DNA from: Escherichia phage vB_EcoM_VR20
DNA: 64,000 nt
Reading direction: 5' to 3' (one strand)
Sequence record: NC_028894.1
Shown here: positions 39,833 through 48,830 of the stretch, in pieces
How positions within the stretch are numbered: the first letter of the stretch is position 1
Layout of the letters: the number at the start of each line of letters is the position of its first letter
Notes under the pieces: model-generated
The model's input: only the letters and a program-made list of their open reading frames with translations
What the model was told of the DNA's origin: nothing
Database searches by the model: none
Translations under genes and position numbers: made by a program

Positions 39833-40744
39833 TTAAAGGCCAGCCAGAAGGTCGTCAAGACCATCATCAGAAGGCTCTGGAGTGCTTGGAGCAGTCGCAG
39901 TGCGTTCAGACTTAGCAGGTTTGCTGGAAGTGAAGTCTTCCATATCTTTATCAAAATCGTCCAGGTCAGCGCCCAGTTTATCGGCTTGCGCAGCAGCTTT
40001 AGAAGCAGCACCACCGAGAGCAGCTGTACCCATTACTTTAGCGAATTTCTTCTGATTCTCTTCAAGAGATTTAAATACCAGCAATTCATTCAGGTCAGAC
40101 ATTTCGTCCCAAAGTTTTTTCTGGAATGCTTCATCATTGATGCCAGCGATTTCAGACTGGTTCATGAATTTGGAATCATCGTAGTTTTTATAGCCGGAAA
40201 CCATTTTAGATTTCAGTACGAAGTTCGCACCTTCAAAAGGACAGGTTACATCAATAGCTGTTTCGCCCATGTCAACATCGACTTCAACCATCTGGTTGAT
40301 TTTGTCCATGATTTTCTTACCAAAGCGATATTTGAATACTTGGCCTTCGTTAGACGGAACAGCAGGGTCTTTAATGACCAGGATGTTAGCCCAGTAAGAA
40401 GTATTACGCTTCAGTTTACGATATTCGGATTCGTTTGTATTGTACAGGTCATTCTTATTCATGTACGCACACACAGGGCAGTTTTCATAATCGCCGTGAG
40501 TAGAAGTACAGTTTTCAATATACCATTGACCAGCATTTTTAAAGCCGTGGTTAACGAGCTTGATGAATGGAGATGGATTTTCTTCATTCTTAGAAGGCAG
40601 GAAACGAATAACCGCAGAGCCGACGCCATCAGTATCTTTCAGTTTCCATTCTTTTTTATCGTCAGAAGAGAAACCAGCACCACCTTTCAGTGCATTAAGG
40701 GAAGCAGCCAGGTCAGCAGGGTTTTTACGTTTAAACATAGACAT
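39833..40744 (-). CDS. 32: Single-stranded DNA-binding protein gp32
   Basis: 303 aa (T4 301); strong recalled identity; zinc ligand residues and acidic C-terminus. Confidence 0.92.
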   Translation of the reverse strand: MSMFKRKNPADLAASLNALKGGAGFSSDDKKEWKLKDTDGVGSAVIRFLPSKNEENPSPFIKLVNHGFKNAGQWYIENCTSTHGDYENCPVCAYMNKNDLYNTNESEYRKLKRNTSYWANILVIKDPAVPSNEGQVFKYRFGKKIMDKINQMVEVDVDMGETAIDVTCPFEGANFVLKSKMVSGYKNYDDSKFMNQSEIAGINDEAFQKKLWDEMSDLNELLVFKSLEENQKKFAKVMGTAALGGAASKAAAQADKLGADLDDFDKDMEDFTSSKPAKSERTATAPSTPEPSDDGLDDLLAGL

Positions 40745-40804
40745 ATGATTTTCCTTAGATTATTTGATTTTTAGCAGTTGTTTTGATTACGTATTAATTA
40801 TACT
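40745..40804 (-). promoter_or_regulatory. Candidate gene 32 translational operator
   Basis: Hairpin cttcaa-tcact-ttgaag followed by an A/U-rich stretch before the Shine-Dalgarno, as in T4 gp32 autoregulation. Confidence 0.35.
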
Positions 40805-41473
40805 TCAAAGTGATTGAAGCGTTATTTGACAGTTTTTAACGGTCTCGATGAACAATTTACGAGCTTCAAGAGAATCTATATTTAAGATTTTCTTATAGGC
40901 ATTTAGTTTGGTCGAATACTTTTCCCAAACCAAGTCGTTAGTCTGTTCATCATGTTTATTTATAATACCTAAAAATGAATCAAGCAAACAAAACGTTTCA
41001 AATGAGATAACATTCGATTGGAGAAGTTTGAAAATATAACTTGTATTCACTTTAGTATTATACTCGAAAATCTCTTGGAGCGATTTGACTTCGACTTTCT
41101 TACTGAAGTAATAGATGTTCTTTATATCATCTTCGTATACTTGTCTAATTCTTTTAAGTCTGCCAATGTATTCTCTATAAAATATCAGAGCATCGGCATC
41201 ACTTATATCGCCTATCCATGCATCCTGGTTTGCAACCAGGTTTGACATGAATATTAACGTTAATTCTTTGAGAGTGTACTTATCGCTAAGCTTTTCGAAA
41301 AAATACTTATCGCGACGTTTTTGATAAGCACTATCGGAGATTCGCATGGTCCAGTTATATTTGATAATATCATAACGACCCGAAAAATGCTGTTTGATGG
41401 ATAAGTACAGTTGGTATACTGATTTACCATTTATATATCGGTTGTTATTTGGAGGCATGCGAATCGTAATCAT
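40805..41473 (-). CDS. 59: Helicase loader gp59
   Basis: 222 aa (T4 217); strong recalled identity (KYDIIKYNW.MR.SD.AYQKRRDKYFF). Confidence 0.88.
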   Translation of the reverse strand: MITIRMPPNNNRYINGKSVYQLYLSIKQHFSGRYDIIKYNWTMRISDSAYQKRRDKYFFEKLSDKYTLKELTLIFMSNLVANQDAWIGDISDADALIFYREYIGRLKRIRQVYEDDIKNIYYFSKKVEVKSLQEIFEYNTKVNTSYIFKLLQSNVISFETFCLLDSFLGIINKHDEQTNDLVWEKYSTKLNAYKKILNIDSLEARKLFIETVKNCQITLQSL

Positions 41474-41763
41474 AACAAAAAGTCCAGCGTATTAGTTTTC
41501 TGTGTACGAGACATACTCGGACGAAGCAGGTTATCATCATATGCTTCATTCATAATCTTATCGATGATTCCCGCAGGGATATATCGAGCAAAATTGCCTT
41601 CAGGGATTCCACGTTCTTCCAACCAGGCAGTCGCAGCTTCCAGATAAGACATTTCAGTTGACTCAACCATGGCTTCAATATCAAGCCCGTTTTGCTGCTT
41701 ACTAATCGCCCCGGAAGGCGATTCAGTTTTCTGTGTATCGAAATTAACTAAAGAGGACATCAT
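41470..41763 (-). CDS. 33: Late transcription co-activator gp33
   Basis: C-terminus ..LLRPS...KTNTLDFLL as recalled for T4 gp33; start at MMSSLVNFD with GGAG Shine-Dalgarno; start uncertain. Confidence 0.65.
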   Translation of the reverse strand: MMSSLVNFDTQKTESPSGAISKQQNGLDIEAMVESTEMSYLEAATAWLEERGIPEGNFARYIPAGIIDKIMNEAYDDNLLRPSMSRTQKTNTLDFLL

Positions 41764-42013
41764 AGAGCTCCACAGCTTCGGTTTTTTCATCTTCAAAACG
41801 TTCACGAGTGCCTTTATGATACAAGCCGAGCTGTGTATTGAACATCTTACCGTCAACGCCTAATTCAGTTTTTGCCTTATCTTTAAGGTCTTTAATTTCG
41901 TCTGCATATGCTTCCATTTTTAATTTGGTATCGGAAGCAGCTTTAATCAGCTTGGCCAGTTCAGCGCCATGAGTATCAGGGCAAAATTCAACTTTCACTT
42001 TTTTCTCTTTCAT
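41744..42013 (-). CDS. dsbA: DsbA double-stranded DNA-binding protein
   Basis: 89 aa, same as T4 DsbA; AAGG Shine-Dalgarno. Confidence 0.75.
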   Translation of the reverse strand: MKEKKVKVEFCPDTHGAELAKLIKAASDTKLKMEAYADEIKDLKDKAKTELGVDGKMFNTQLGLYHKGTRERFEDEKTEAVELYDVLFS

Positions 42014-42021
42014 AATATACC

Positions 42022-42966
42022 TTAATAAAATTCAGCAATATTTGCAGTTAGTTTAGACAGACCAGACTTAACAAAGTAAGGATAAACTTTACTTTTGGCT
42101 GGGATAACGTAGTTATTATATCGTTCTAAGATTGAAGCGGATATTTCCGTTGGGATAAAGTCCATATCAATCAACAATTGGTTTTCACAGAATCTATTAT
42201 ATTGCTCTTCTGTTAAAAGCGTTTTCAAAACGTCATGGTCGTAATAGTTGAGTGCAATTTGTTCAAGCTCAGCTGCGCGGGTTGGCGGAGTACGTTCACC
42301 TTCTTCATGAGTGTAATAAAAATCACCACGAACCTTGATGCTCGACACGTTATCTTTTTTGTCGCCTTTAACAACCTTTGTCACGCAATCCATAAGGGCA
42401 TCGCCTGATTTAGTTTTGACATATTTTTTCTGCATCGGGGACCATTGTTTCACCCCAGGGAATTTATGCAACTGCGTAAAGTCACCATCCGAAGAAACAA
42501 TCATAACCGGATGTCCGAGACCAGTGAGCAACTTCGTTAATACTGCAATATGGTCATCAGCCTCAACTTTATCCATATTCATCACGATGTAAGGCATATG
42601 TTTTTCCATTTCATCGATAATGATGTGCATAGCAGCATGTAGACCTTCCCAATCGAATTGAGACTCTTCACGAGCTTTCGCTCGGTTTTTCTTATAATAA
42701 TAAGATTTCGTCCGGCGCCAATAACCATTCTTCGAGTTATCAACACAAATAATTGGAATCGTATAACCGAGCTTCTTGAACTGCACAATATTTTTTCTGA
42801 TGGAGTTCAGAACCAGGTGACGGGTCATTGCGGTTGTTACCTTTGGATAACCAGCGTCTTTGCCGAATTCCTGGAAGGCTGCAGCCATGATGAGCTGACT
42901 AAAATCGAGTAACTGAAAACCATCTTTTTGACGGTCTTCTTCAGGGAGTAAAAAATCTAAATTCAT
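42022..42966 (-). CDS. rnh: RNase H, 5'-3' exonuclease
   Basis: 314 aa (T4 305); FEN-like acidic motifs; between dsbA and gene 34. Confidence 0.85.
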   Translation of the reverse strand: MNLDFLLPEEDRQKDGFQLLDFSQLIMAAAFQEFGKDAGYPKVTTAMTRHLVLNSIRKNIVQFKKLGYTIPIICVDNSKNGYWRRTKSYYYKKNRAKAREESQFDWEGLHAAMHIIIDEMEKHMPYIVMNMDKVEADDHIAVLTKLLTGLGHPVMIVSSDGDFTQLHKFPGVKQWSPMQKKYVKTKSGDALMDCVTKVVKGDKKDNVSSIKVRGDFYYTHEEGERTPPTRAAELEQIALNYYDHDVLKTLLTEEQYNRFCENQLLIDMDFIPTEISASILERYNNYVIPAKSKVYPYFVKSGLSKLTANIAEFY

Positions 42967-42997
42967 ATGAACCTCTGTTCAATTAGTTGACTCGATT

Positions 42998-43021
42998 ATA
43001 TTAGCATAAAATTTTTAAAGC
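42998..43021 (-). promoter_or_regulatory. MotA-type middle promoter upstream of rnh
   Basis: Minus strand TTGCTTTAAAAATTTTATGCTAATAT, same module as at 26637. Confidence 0.4.
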
Positions 43022-43023
43022 AA

Positions 43024-43031
43024 TATAAATA
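43024..43031 (+). promoter_or_regulatory. Late promoter TATAAATA of gene 34
   Basis: Exact TATAAATA about 30 bp upstream of the gene 34 ATG. Confidence 0.6.
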
Positions 43032-43061
43032 CACGTATACCAATCAATAAGGATAAAGCAC

Positions 43062-46000
43062 ATGGCCGATATTTTAAAACCAGCATTCAGAGCAACATCC
43101 GGTCTCGATGCTGCTGGTGAGAAAGTCATTAATGTCGCGAAAGCTGATTACTCAGTTTTGTCAGACGGCGTTAACGTAGATTTCTTTATAGAAGAAAACA
43201 CAGTTCAACAATATGATGCAACGCGCGGATACAAAAAGAACTTCGCAGTTATTAATGATAACCGTATTTGGGTTGCTCAGCGTGATATTGATGCTCCAGC
43301 AGGAGCATTTACCCCTCAGTATTGGTTAGCAACCCGTACTGACCCTAAATGGGAAACTGTTGCATCTCCAACTCGTCAGCTTAATTCAGGTGAATTTATC
43401 GCAGTCGACTCAGCTGCAAGCTTTACCACATTTACATTGCCTCCGAACCCGACTGATGGTGATACCATCGTTATTAAAGATATCGGCGGCAATACTGGTT
43501 ATAATGAAATCAAAGTTCAATCGAGCAACGTGCCTGGTCAAGGTAACCAAAAAATTGTTCGTTTTGGTAATCAGTATTCAGAAGTTTTAATTACCAAACC
43601 GTTCTCTTATAATATGCTTATTTTCTCCAACCGCCTTTGGCAGTTCTGGGAAGCAGGTAACGAAGAACGCGGAATAAGAATTGAACCAAGCTCTGGTAAA
43701 TATCGAACTCAAGCATCAGATTTTATTATGCGTCATTATACGACTGCAGAAAAAATTACATTTGTTCTTCCTAAGTATGCTAACCAAGGTGATATTGTCA
43801 AATCGGTAGACATAGATGGATTAGGGCCATTATATCACCTGGATGTTGAAACGTTTGACGAGTCAAGCTCTCTGGGTAAACAGGGCCAACACAGTATGGA
43901 ATTCCGTACAACTGGTGATGGCTTCTTCGTGTATAACGCAGTTGAAAAACTGTGGGTAACCTGGGACGGTGATAACAAAACTCGTTTGCGTGTAATTCGT
44001 GACAATGTAAAATTGTTACCAAACGAAAGTATCATCGTGTTCGGTAATGATAACAACACCTCGCAGACAATTAACATTGACCTTCCAACAGGTGTTCGTC
44101 AGGGTGATGTTGTTAAGATTGCTCTGAACTATCTCCGCAAGGCACAGACGGTTAATATTAGAGCTTCGGCTACTGATAAAATTGCATCTTCTGTTCAGTT
44201 GCTTCAGTTCCCGAAACGTTCGGAATATCCGCCGGACACTGAATGGGTATTTGTTGACTCTTTGACTTTCAATGGTAATATAAGTTATACTCCGGTTATT
44301 GAATTAAGTTACATGGAAGATACGGTTAATAACATTAACTACTGGGTTGTTGCTCAGAACGTTCCGACTATTGAGCGTGTTGACTCGAAGGATGATTTGA
44401 CCCGTGCTCGTCTGGGTGTTATTGCATTAGCTAACCAGGCTCAGGCTAACGTTGACCATGAAAATAACCCTGAAAAAGAATTAGCAATTACCCCGCAGAC
44501 TTTGGCTAACCGTGTGGCTACTGAATCACGTCGTGGTATTGCACGAATTGCTAACACTGCCCAGGTGAACCAGGATACGACTTTTGCTTTCCAGGACGAC
44601 ATCATCATCTCTCCGAAAAAGTTAAACGAACGTACAGCTACAGAAACACGTCGTGGTGTCGCAGAAATCGCCACACAACAAGAAACTGATGCAGGCACTG
44701 ATGATACTACCATCATCACTCCACGCAAGCTACAAGCTCGTCAGGGCTCAGAAAGCCTATCTGGTATCGTTAAGTATGTTCCTACTACCGGGACTACTCC
44801 AGCGACTTCTAGAGCAACTATAGGTACTAACGTTTATAATAAAAATACAACTACTCTGGTAATTTCTCCGAAAGCTTTGGACCAATATAAAGCTGACCAG
44901 AACAACCAAGGTGCTGTATATCTGGCTACTCAGTCAGAAGTTAACGCGGGGGCAACAAATACAGGATTCAGTAACTCGGCAGTGACTCCTGAAACATTAG
45001 GTGCCCGCAGAGCAACAGATTCAAACCATGGTTTAATCGAGATTGCAACTCAAGCAGAAGTTAATACAGGAACCGATTATACCAGAGCTGTGACTCCTAA
45101 AACGTTGAATGACCGTAAAGCAACAGAATCATTATCCGGCATAGCCGAGATTGCTACGCAATCAGAATTTGATAGTGGTACTGATGATACTCGTATTGCA
45201 ACGCCATTAAAAATTAAAACTAGACTGAATGATACTGCTCGTACTTCTGTTATTGCAGCAAGTGGTTTAGTAGAAACAGGGACGCTCTGGGACCATTATA
45301 CGCTGAATATTCTTGAAGCAAATGAGACTCAACGTGGCACCGCAAGACTGGCTACTCAACTTGAAGTTAATACTGGTACTGACGATAAAACAATCGTTAC
45401 TCCGCTTAAGTTGATGTCGAAAAAAGCCACAGAAGGCACCGAAGGTATTGTTCGCATCGCTACTCGTGCAGAAACTATCGCAGGAACAAGTTCAATCCTG
45501 GCTGTTTCTCCGGTTAGTCTGAAATGGATTGCACAGTCCGAACCAACATGGGCAGCAACCACGACGACCCGCGGCTTTGCTAAGATGTCTGAAGGCGCAA
45601 TTACTTTTGTCGGTAATGCAACTGCAGGTTCGACCCAGGCTCTTGACCTGTACGAGAAAAATAGCTATGCTATCTCTCCGTATGAGTTAAACAAAACCCT
45701 TGGTAACTTCCTGCCGCGTTTGGCTAAAGCAGCAGACTCGGATAAACTGGATAACCTGGATAGCACGCAGTTCATTCGTCGTGATATTGACCAAATCGTT
45801 GAAGGTACATTAACCCTTAGAAAGAACATAAGAGTTGATGGTCAGCTGGCGACTGGTGGTACCGGTGAATTTGGCGGCTCGTTGGCGGCTAACTCCACAT
45901 TTACTATACGCAACACAGGAACTCCGACCCGTATCGTTTTCGAAAAAGGTCCTGCCTCCGGTGCAAACCCGGTTCAGTCAATGAGCATCCGTGTATGGGG

Positions 46001-46961
46001 TAACCAGTATGGTGGCGGTTCGGATACGACTCGTTCTACCGTGTTTGAAGTCGGTGATGAAACATCTAACCACTTTTATTCGCAACGGAATAATCTTGGT
46101 AATATTACTTTCAGCATAAACGGTACAGTTCAACCGATTAACGTTAATGCATCCGGAACATTGAATGCTAATGGCGCGGCAACATTTGGACGTTCGGTGA
46201 CAGCACAAGGTGAATTTATAACCTATAGTGCAAACGCATTTAGAGCTATTAATGGTAATTACGGATTCTTTATTCGTAACGATAATGCTAATATCTATTT
46301 TATGCTAACTAATTCAGGTGACCAGACCGGTGGTTTTAATGGATTACGTCCTTTAGCTATTAATAATGCATCTGGCCAGGTTACAATTGGCGAAGGATTA
46401 ATTATTGCTAAAGGAGCTACTATAAATTCAGGTGGTTTAACTGTTAACTCAAGAATTCGTTCTCAAGGTGCTAAACCCGCTGACCTTTATTCTAGAAAAC
46501 CTGATGCAGATAATACAGGCTTCTGGTCTGTTGAAGTTAATGACTCTGCGACATATAATCAGTTCCCGGGTTATTTCAAAATGGTTGAAAAGACCAATGA
46601 AGTAACTGGCCTGCCTTATTTGGAGCGTGGTGAAGAAGTTAAATCACCGGGTACATTAACTCAGTTTGGTAATACGCTGAATTCACTCTATCAAGACTGG
46701 ATTACTTATCCGAATACGGCTAATGCCAGCACGACCCGCTGGACTCGTACATGGCAGCAGAACAAAAACGCATGGTCTGGTTTTGTTCAGGTCTTTGATG
46801 GTGGTAACCCGCCGCAGCCGTCGGATATTGGTGCATTGCCTGCTGATAACGCTTCGATGAGTAACCTGACCATCAGGGATTGGTTAAGAATCGGTAACGT
46901 ACGTATTGTTCCGGACCCAGTAACTAAATCCGTTAAATTCGAATGGATTGATACACCATAA
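43062..46961 (+). CDS. 34: Long tail fibre proximal subunit gp34
   Basis: 1299 aa (T4 1289); internal repeats of the ..ETRRG.AEIATQ.E.. type. Confidence 0.9.
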   Translation: MADILKPAFRATSGLDAAGEKVINVAKADYSVLSDGVNVDFFIEENTVQQYDATRGYKKNFAVINDNRIWVAQRDIDAPAGAFTPQYWLATRTDPKWETVASPTRQLNSGEFIAVDSAASFTTFTLPPNPTDGDTIVIKDIGGNTGYNEIKVQSSNVPGQGNQKIVRFGNQYSEVLITKPFSYNMLIFSNRLWQFWEAGNEERGIRIEPSSGKYRTQASDFIMRHYTTAEKITFVLPKYANQGDIVKSVDIDGLGPLYHLDVETFDESSSLGKQGQHSMEFRTTGDGFFVYNAVEKLWVTWDGDNKTRLRVIRDNVKLLPNESIIVFGNDNNTSQTINIDLPTGVRQGDVVKIALNYLRKAQTVNIRASATDKIASSVQLLQFPKRSEYPPDTEWVFVDSLTFNGNISYTPVIELSYMEDTVNNINYWVVAQNVPTIERVDSKDDLTRARLGVIALANQAQANVDHENNPEKELAITPQTLANRVATESRRGIARIANTAQVNQDTTFAFQDDIIISPKKLNERTATETRRGVAEIATQQETDAGTDDTTIITPRKLQARQGSESLSGIVKYVPTTGTTPATSRATIGTNVYNKNTTTLVISPKALDQYKADQNNQGAVYLATQSEVNAGATNTGFSNSAVTPETLGARRATDSNHGLIEIATQAEVNTGTDYTRAVTPKTLNDRKATESLSGIAEIATQSEFDSGTDDTRIATPLKIKTRLNDTARTSVIAASGLVETGTLWDHYTLNILEANETQRGTARLATQLEVNTGTDDKTIVTPLKLMSKKATEGTEGIVRIATRAETIAGTSSILAVSPVSLKWIAQSEPTWAATTTTRGFAKMSEGAITFVGNATAGSTQALDLYEKNSYAISPYELNKTLGNFLPRLAKAADSDKLDNLDSTQFIRRDIDQIVEGTLTLRKNIRVDGQLATGGTGEFGGSLAANSTFTIRNTGTPTRIVFEKGPASGANPVQSMSIRVWGNQYGGGSDTTRSTVFEVGDETSNHFYSQRNNLGNITFSINGTVQPINVNASGTLNANGAATFGRSVTAQGEFITYSANAFRAINGNYGFFIRNDNANIYFMLTNSGDQTGGFNGLRPLAINNASGQVTIGEGLIIAKGATINSGGLTVNSRIRSQGAKPADLYSRKPDADNTGFWSVEVNDSATYNQFPGYFKMVEKTNEVTGLPYLERGEEVKSPGTLTQFGNTLNSLYQDWITYPNTANASTTRWTRTWQQNKNAWSGFVQVFDGGNPPQPSDIGALPADNASMSNLTIRDWLRIGNVRIVPDPVTKSVKFEWIDTP

Positions 46962-46969
46962 GAGGTATT

Positions 46970-48106
46970 ATGGAAAGATTTATGGCTGAATTTGGACAGG
47001 GATATGTCCATGTTCCCGTGCTTTCTGAAAATAACGCAGTAAGATATAAATTGTCGATTGCTGGGACTTGTACCAAATCGCCAAACTATCCCTACGTTAA
47101 GTTTCAAGATGAGGCCTTCGGGCCTCAGACATTCCAGAATGGATTAAACCTTATTGAGATTGACCCAGTAACAAATACAATCACTGCAACCAAAAACTAT
47201 GGTTTCACAAAAGACTATGATGTCATTTCACAGGCCTTTGTGACTTATATTAATTCCATCCCAGCGGGTAGGATTGTTTGTTTGATATCGCAGGGAAAAT
47301 TGAATGCTTCCCAAACTTTAATTGATTGGTTCAGAACACATGGCTCGACTGCATTTCCGGATAAGTGGTTGATTGACCAAGTTGATACTTCGTATTCGGC
47401 TTTTTATATCTCTGGTCGAAATGCAATCGTTAAAGAGCATGTGCTATATAATGACGGGGTAACTGTTGAGGATGTATTGACTCCATTGGAAATGGTGTAC
47501 GACGACTTCGCTGATGTGGGTGGCACAGGATTCCCTCTGCGCATCGTGGAAGACGGAAACACATATTATAGTAATAGTACACAAGAAATAAAACGCTTCC
47601 CCACAGACTCCCCCATCACTCCTGCGGCCGATTATAATATGGCCCCTGGTGATACTTTTTATCTGAAGTTTCAGCTGACATATGACCAGGCACTTAAAGA
47701 CCTTGGAACAACTCAGATGTCTGTTCGATTCTTTAGTGGTCAGACGATGATTCAGTCAAACGATTATGATATCCCATCTACAGGTCAAGCAAGTCCACCG
47801 GCTGGCGCATGGATGACGTTTGAACGTTATGTAGTTGTTCCACCGAATGCTGATGGATTTACATTGTATGCAAGGAAGACCGTTGCTGCTGGACAAGGTG
47901 GAGTAAGGAATATTTTCTTTACAGAAATCGCGCGACAAGAAACACAAGCTAAATCTGCAGAAATCGGTGTCAACGGCATAAGAATGGTTGTAGCTGGAGA
48001 ACCGGGAAATCTTGGTAATGTCATTGCACAATTGAATGATAAAAATGCAACTAAAGCAAGTCAATCTGGATTTGTATTTGCTGCAGAATTCCGTGAAAAA
48101 GAATAA
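46970..48106 (+). CDS. 35: Long tail fibre hinge gp35
   Basis: 378 aa (T4 372); position. Confidence 0.85.
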   Translation: MERFMAEFGQGYVHVPVLSENNAVRYKLSIAGTCTKSPNYPYVKFQDEAFGPQTFQNGLNLIEIDPVTNTITATKNYGFTKDYDVISQAFVTYINSIPAGRIVCLISQGKLNASQTLIDWFRTHGSTAFPDKWLIDQVDTSYSAFYISGRNAIVKEHVLYNDGVTVEDVLTPLEMVYDDFADVGGTGFPLRIVEDGNTYYSNSTQEIKRFPTDSPITPAADYNMAPGDTFYLKFQLTYDQALKDLGTTQMSVRFFSGQTMIQSNDYDIPSTGQASPPAGAWMTFERYVVVPPNADGFTLYARKTVAAGQGGVRNIFFTEIARQETQAKSAEIGVNGIRMVVAGEPGNLGNVIAQLNDKNATKASQSGFVFAAEFREKE

Positions 48107-48126
48107 GGACCTTCGGGTCCTTTTTT
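48107..48126 (+). terminator. UUCG hairpin terminator after gene 35
   Basis: ggacc-ttcg-ggtcc followed by TTTTTT. Confidence 0.6.
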
Positions 48127-48129
48127 CAT

Positions 48130-48137
48130 TATAAATA
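48130..48137 (+). promoter_or_regulatory. Late promoter TATAAATA of gene 36
   Basis: Exact motif about 25 bp upstream of the gene 36 ATG. Confidence 0.6.
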
Positions 48138-48162
48138 CTCTTATCTAATAAAGGGGAATATT

Positions 48163-48822
48163 ATGGCCGATTTAAGAGTAGGCTCAACGACTGGGGGCTC
48201 AGTTATCTGGCACCAGGGCAACTTTCCGTTGACGCCAGTAAGCAATGATTTATTTTACAAAACATATAAAGTATATACAGAATTCAATAAACCGCAAGCA
48301 GCAGATAACGACTTTGTTTCTAAAGCTAATGGTGGGAATTATTTAAGTACAGTAAACTTTGATAAAGACTTACAATTTAAAGATTCCGATGGGTATTGGG
48401 TTAAATTGGGTAGAAAAACCAATACATCCCCAATGTCTGCTACATATTCTTTCTCATTTAGAATGAGCAAAGGTATGGGTCTTGAGACATCGGATGGTAC
48501 ACCGTTTGTAATTTTCGACCCGACTACTGTTATAGGTGCAAACCGTCTTACTGTAATGGGTGATATCCTTGGTCGTCAAATTAAAGACGAATCAGGTCGA
48601 GTGTTTTCTCCAGGGAATACTCCGTCAAAAGCACAAGTTGGATTAAGTGATGTGGATAACGCAAAACAGGTCCAAATAAATAATAGTAACATACAATCTA
48701 TGGCTGGCGTTCTTTCAGCCCCGAATTTCATATCTAGGAACCCAGGTACATTGAACGAACACGTTCCTCGTATTGACCAGGTTGTTCTTAGAGGCACATC
48801 TGAAGATTTTGGATATTATTAA
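48163..48822 (+). CDS. 36: Long tail fibre distal connector gp36
   Basis: 219 aa (T4 221). Confidence 0.85.
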   Translation: MADLRVGSTTGGSVIWHQGNFPLTPVSNDLFYKTYKVYTEFNKPQAADNDFVSKANGGNYLSTVNFDKDLQFKDSDGYWVKLGRKTNTSPMSATYSFSFRMSKGMGLETSDGTPFVIFDPTTVIGANRLTVMGDILGRQIKDESGRVFSPGNTPSKAQVGLSDVDNAKQVQINNSNIQSMAGVLSAPNFISRNPGTLNEHVPRIDQVVLRGTSEDFGYY

Positions 48823-48830
48823 GAGGCATT

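Noticed and set aside
39764-40774. 336-aa plus-strand ORF
   Set aside because: Antisense to gene 32; low-complexity translation with alternative start; no Shine-Dalgarno. Gene 32 on the minus strand is strongly supported.
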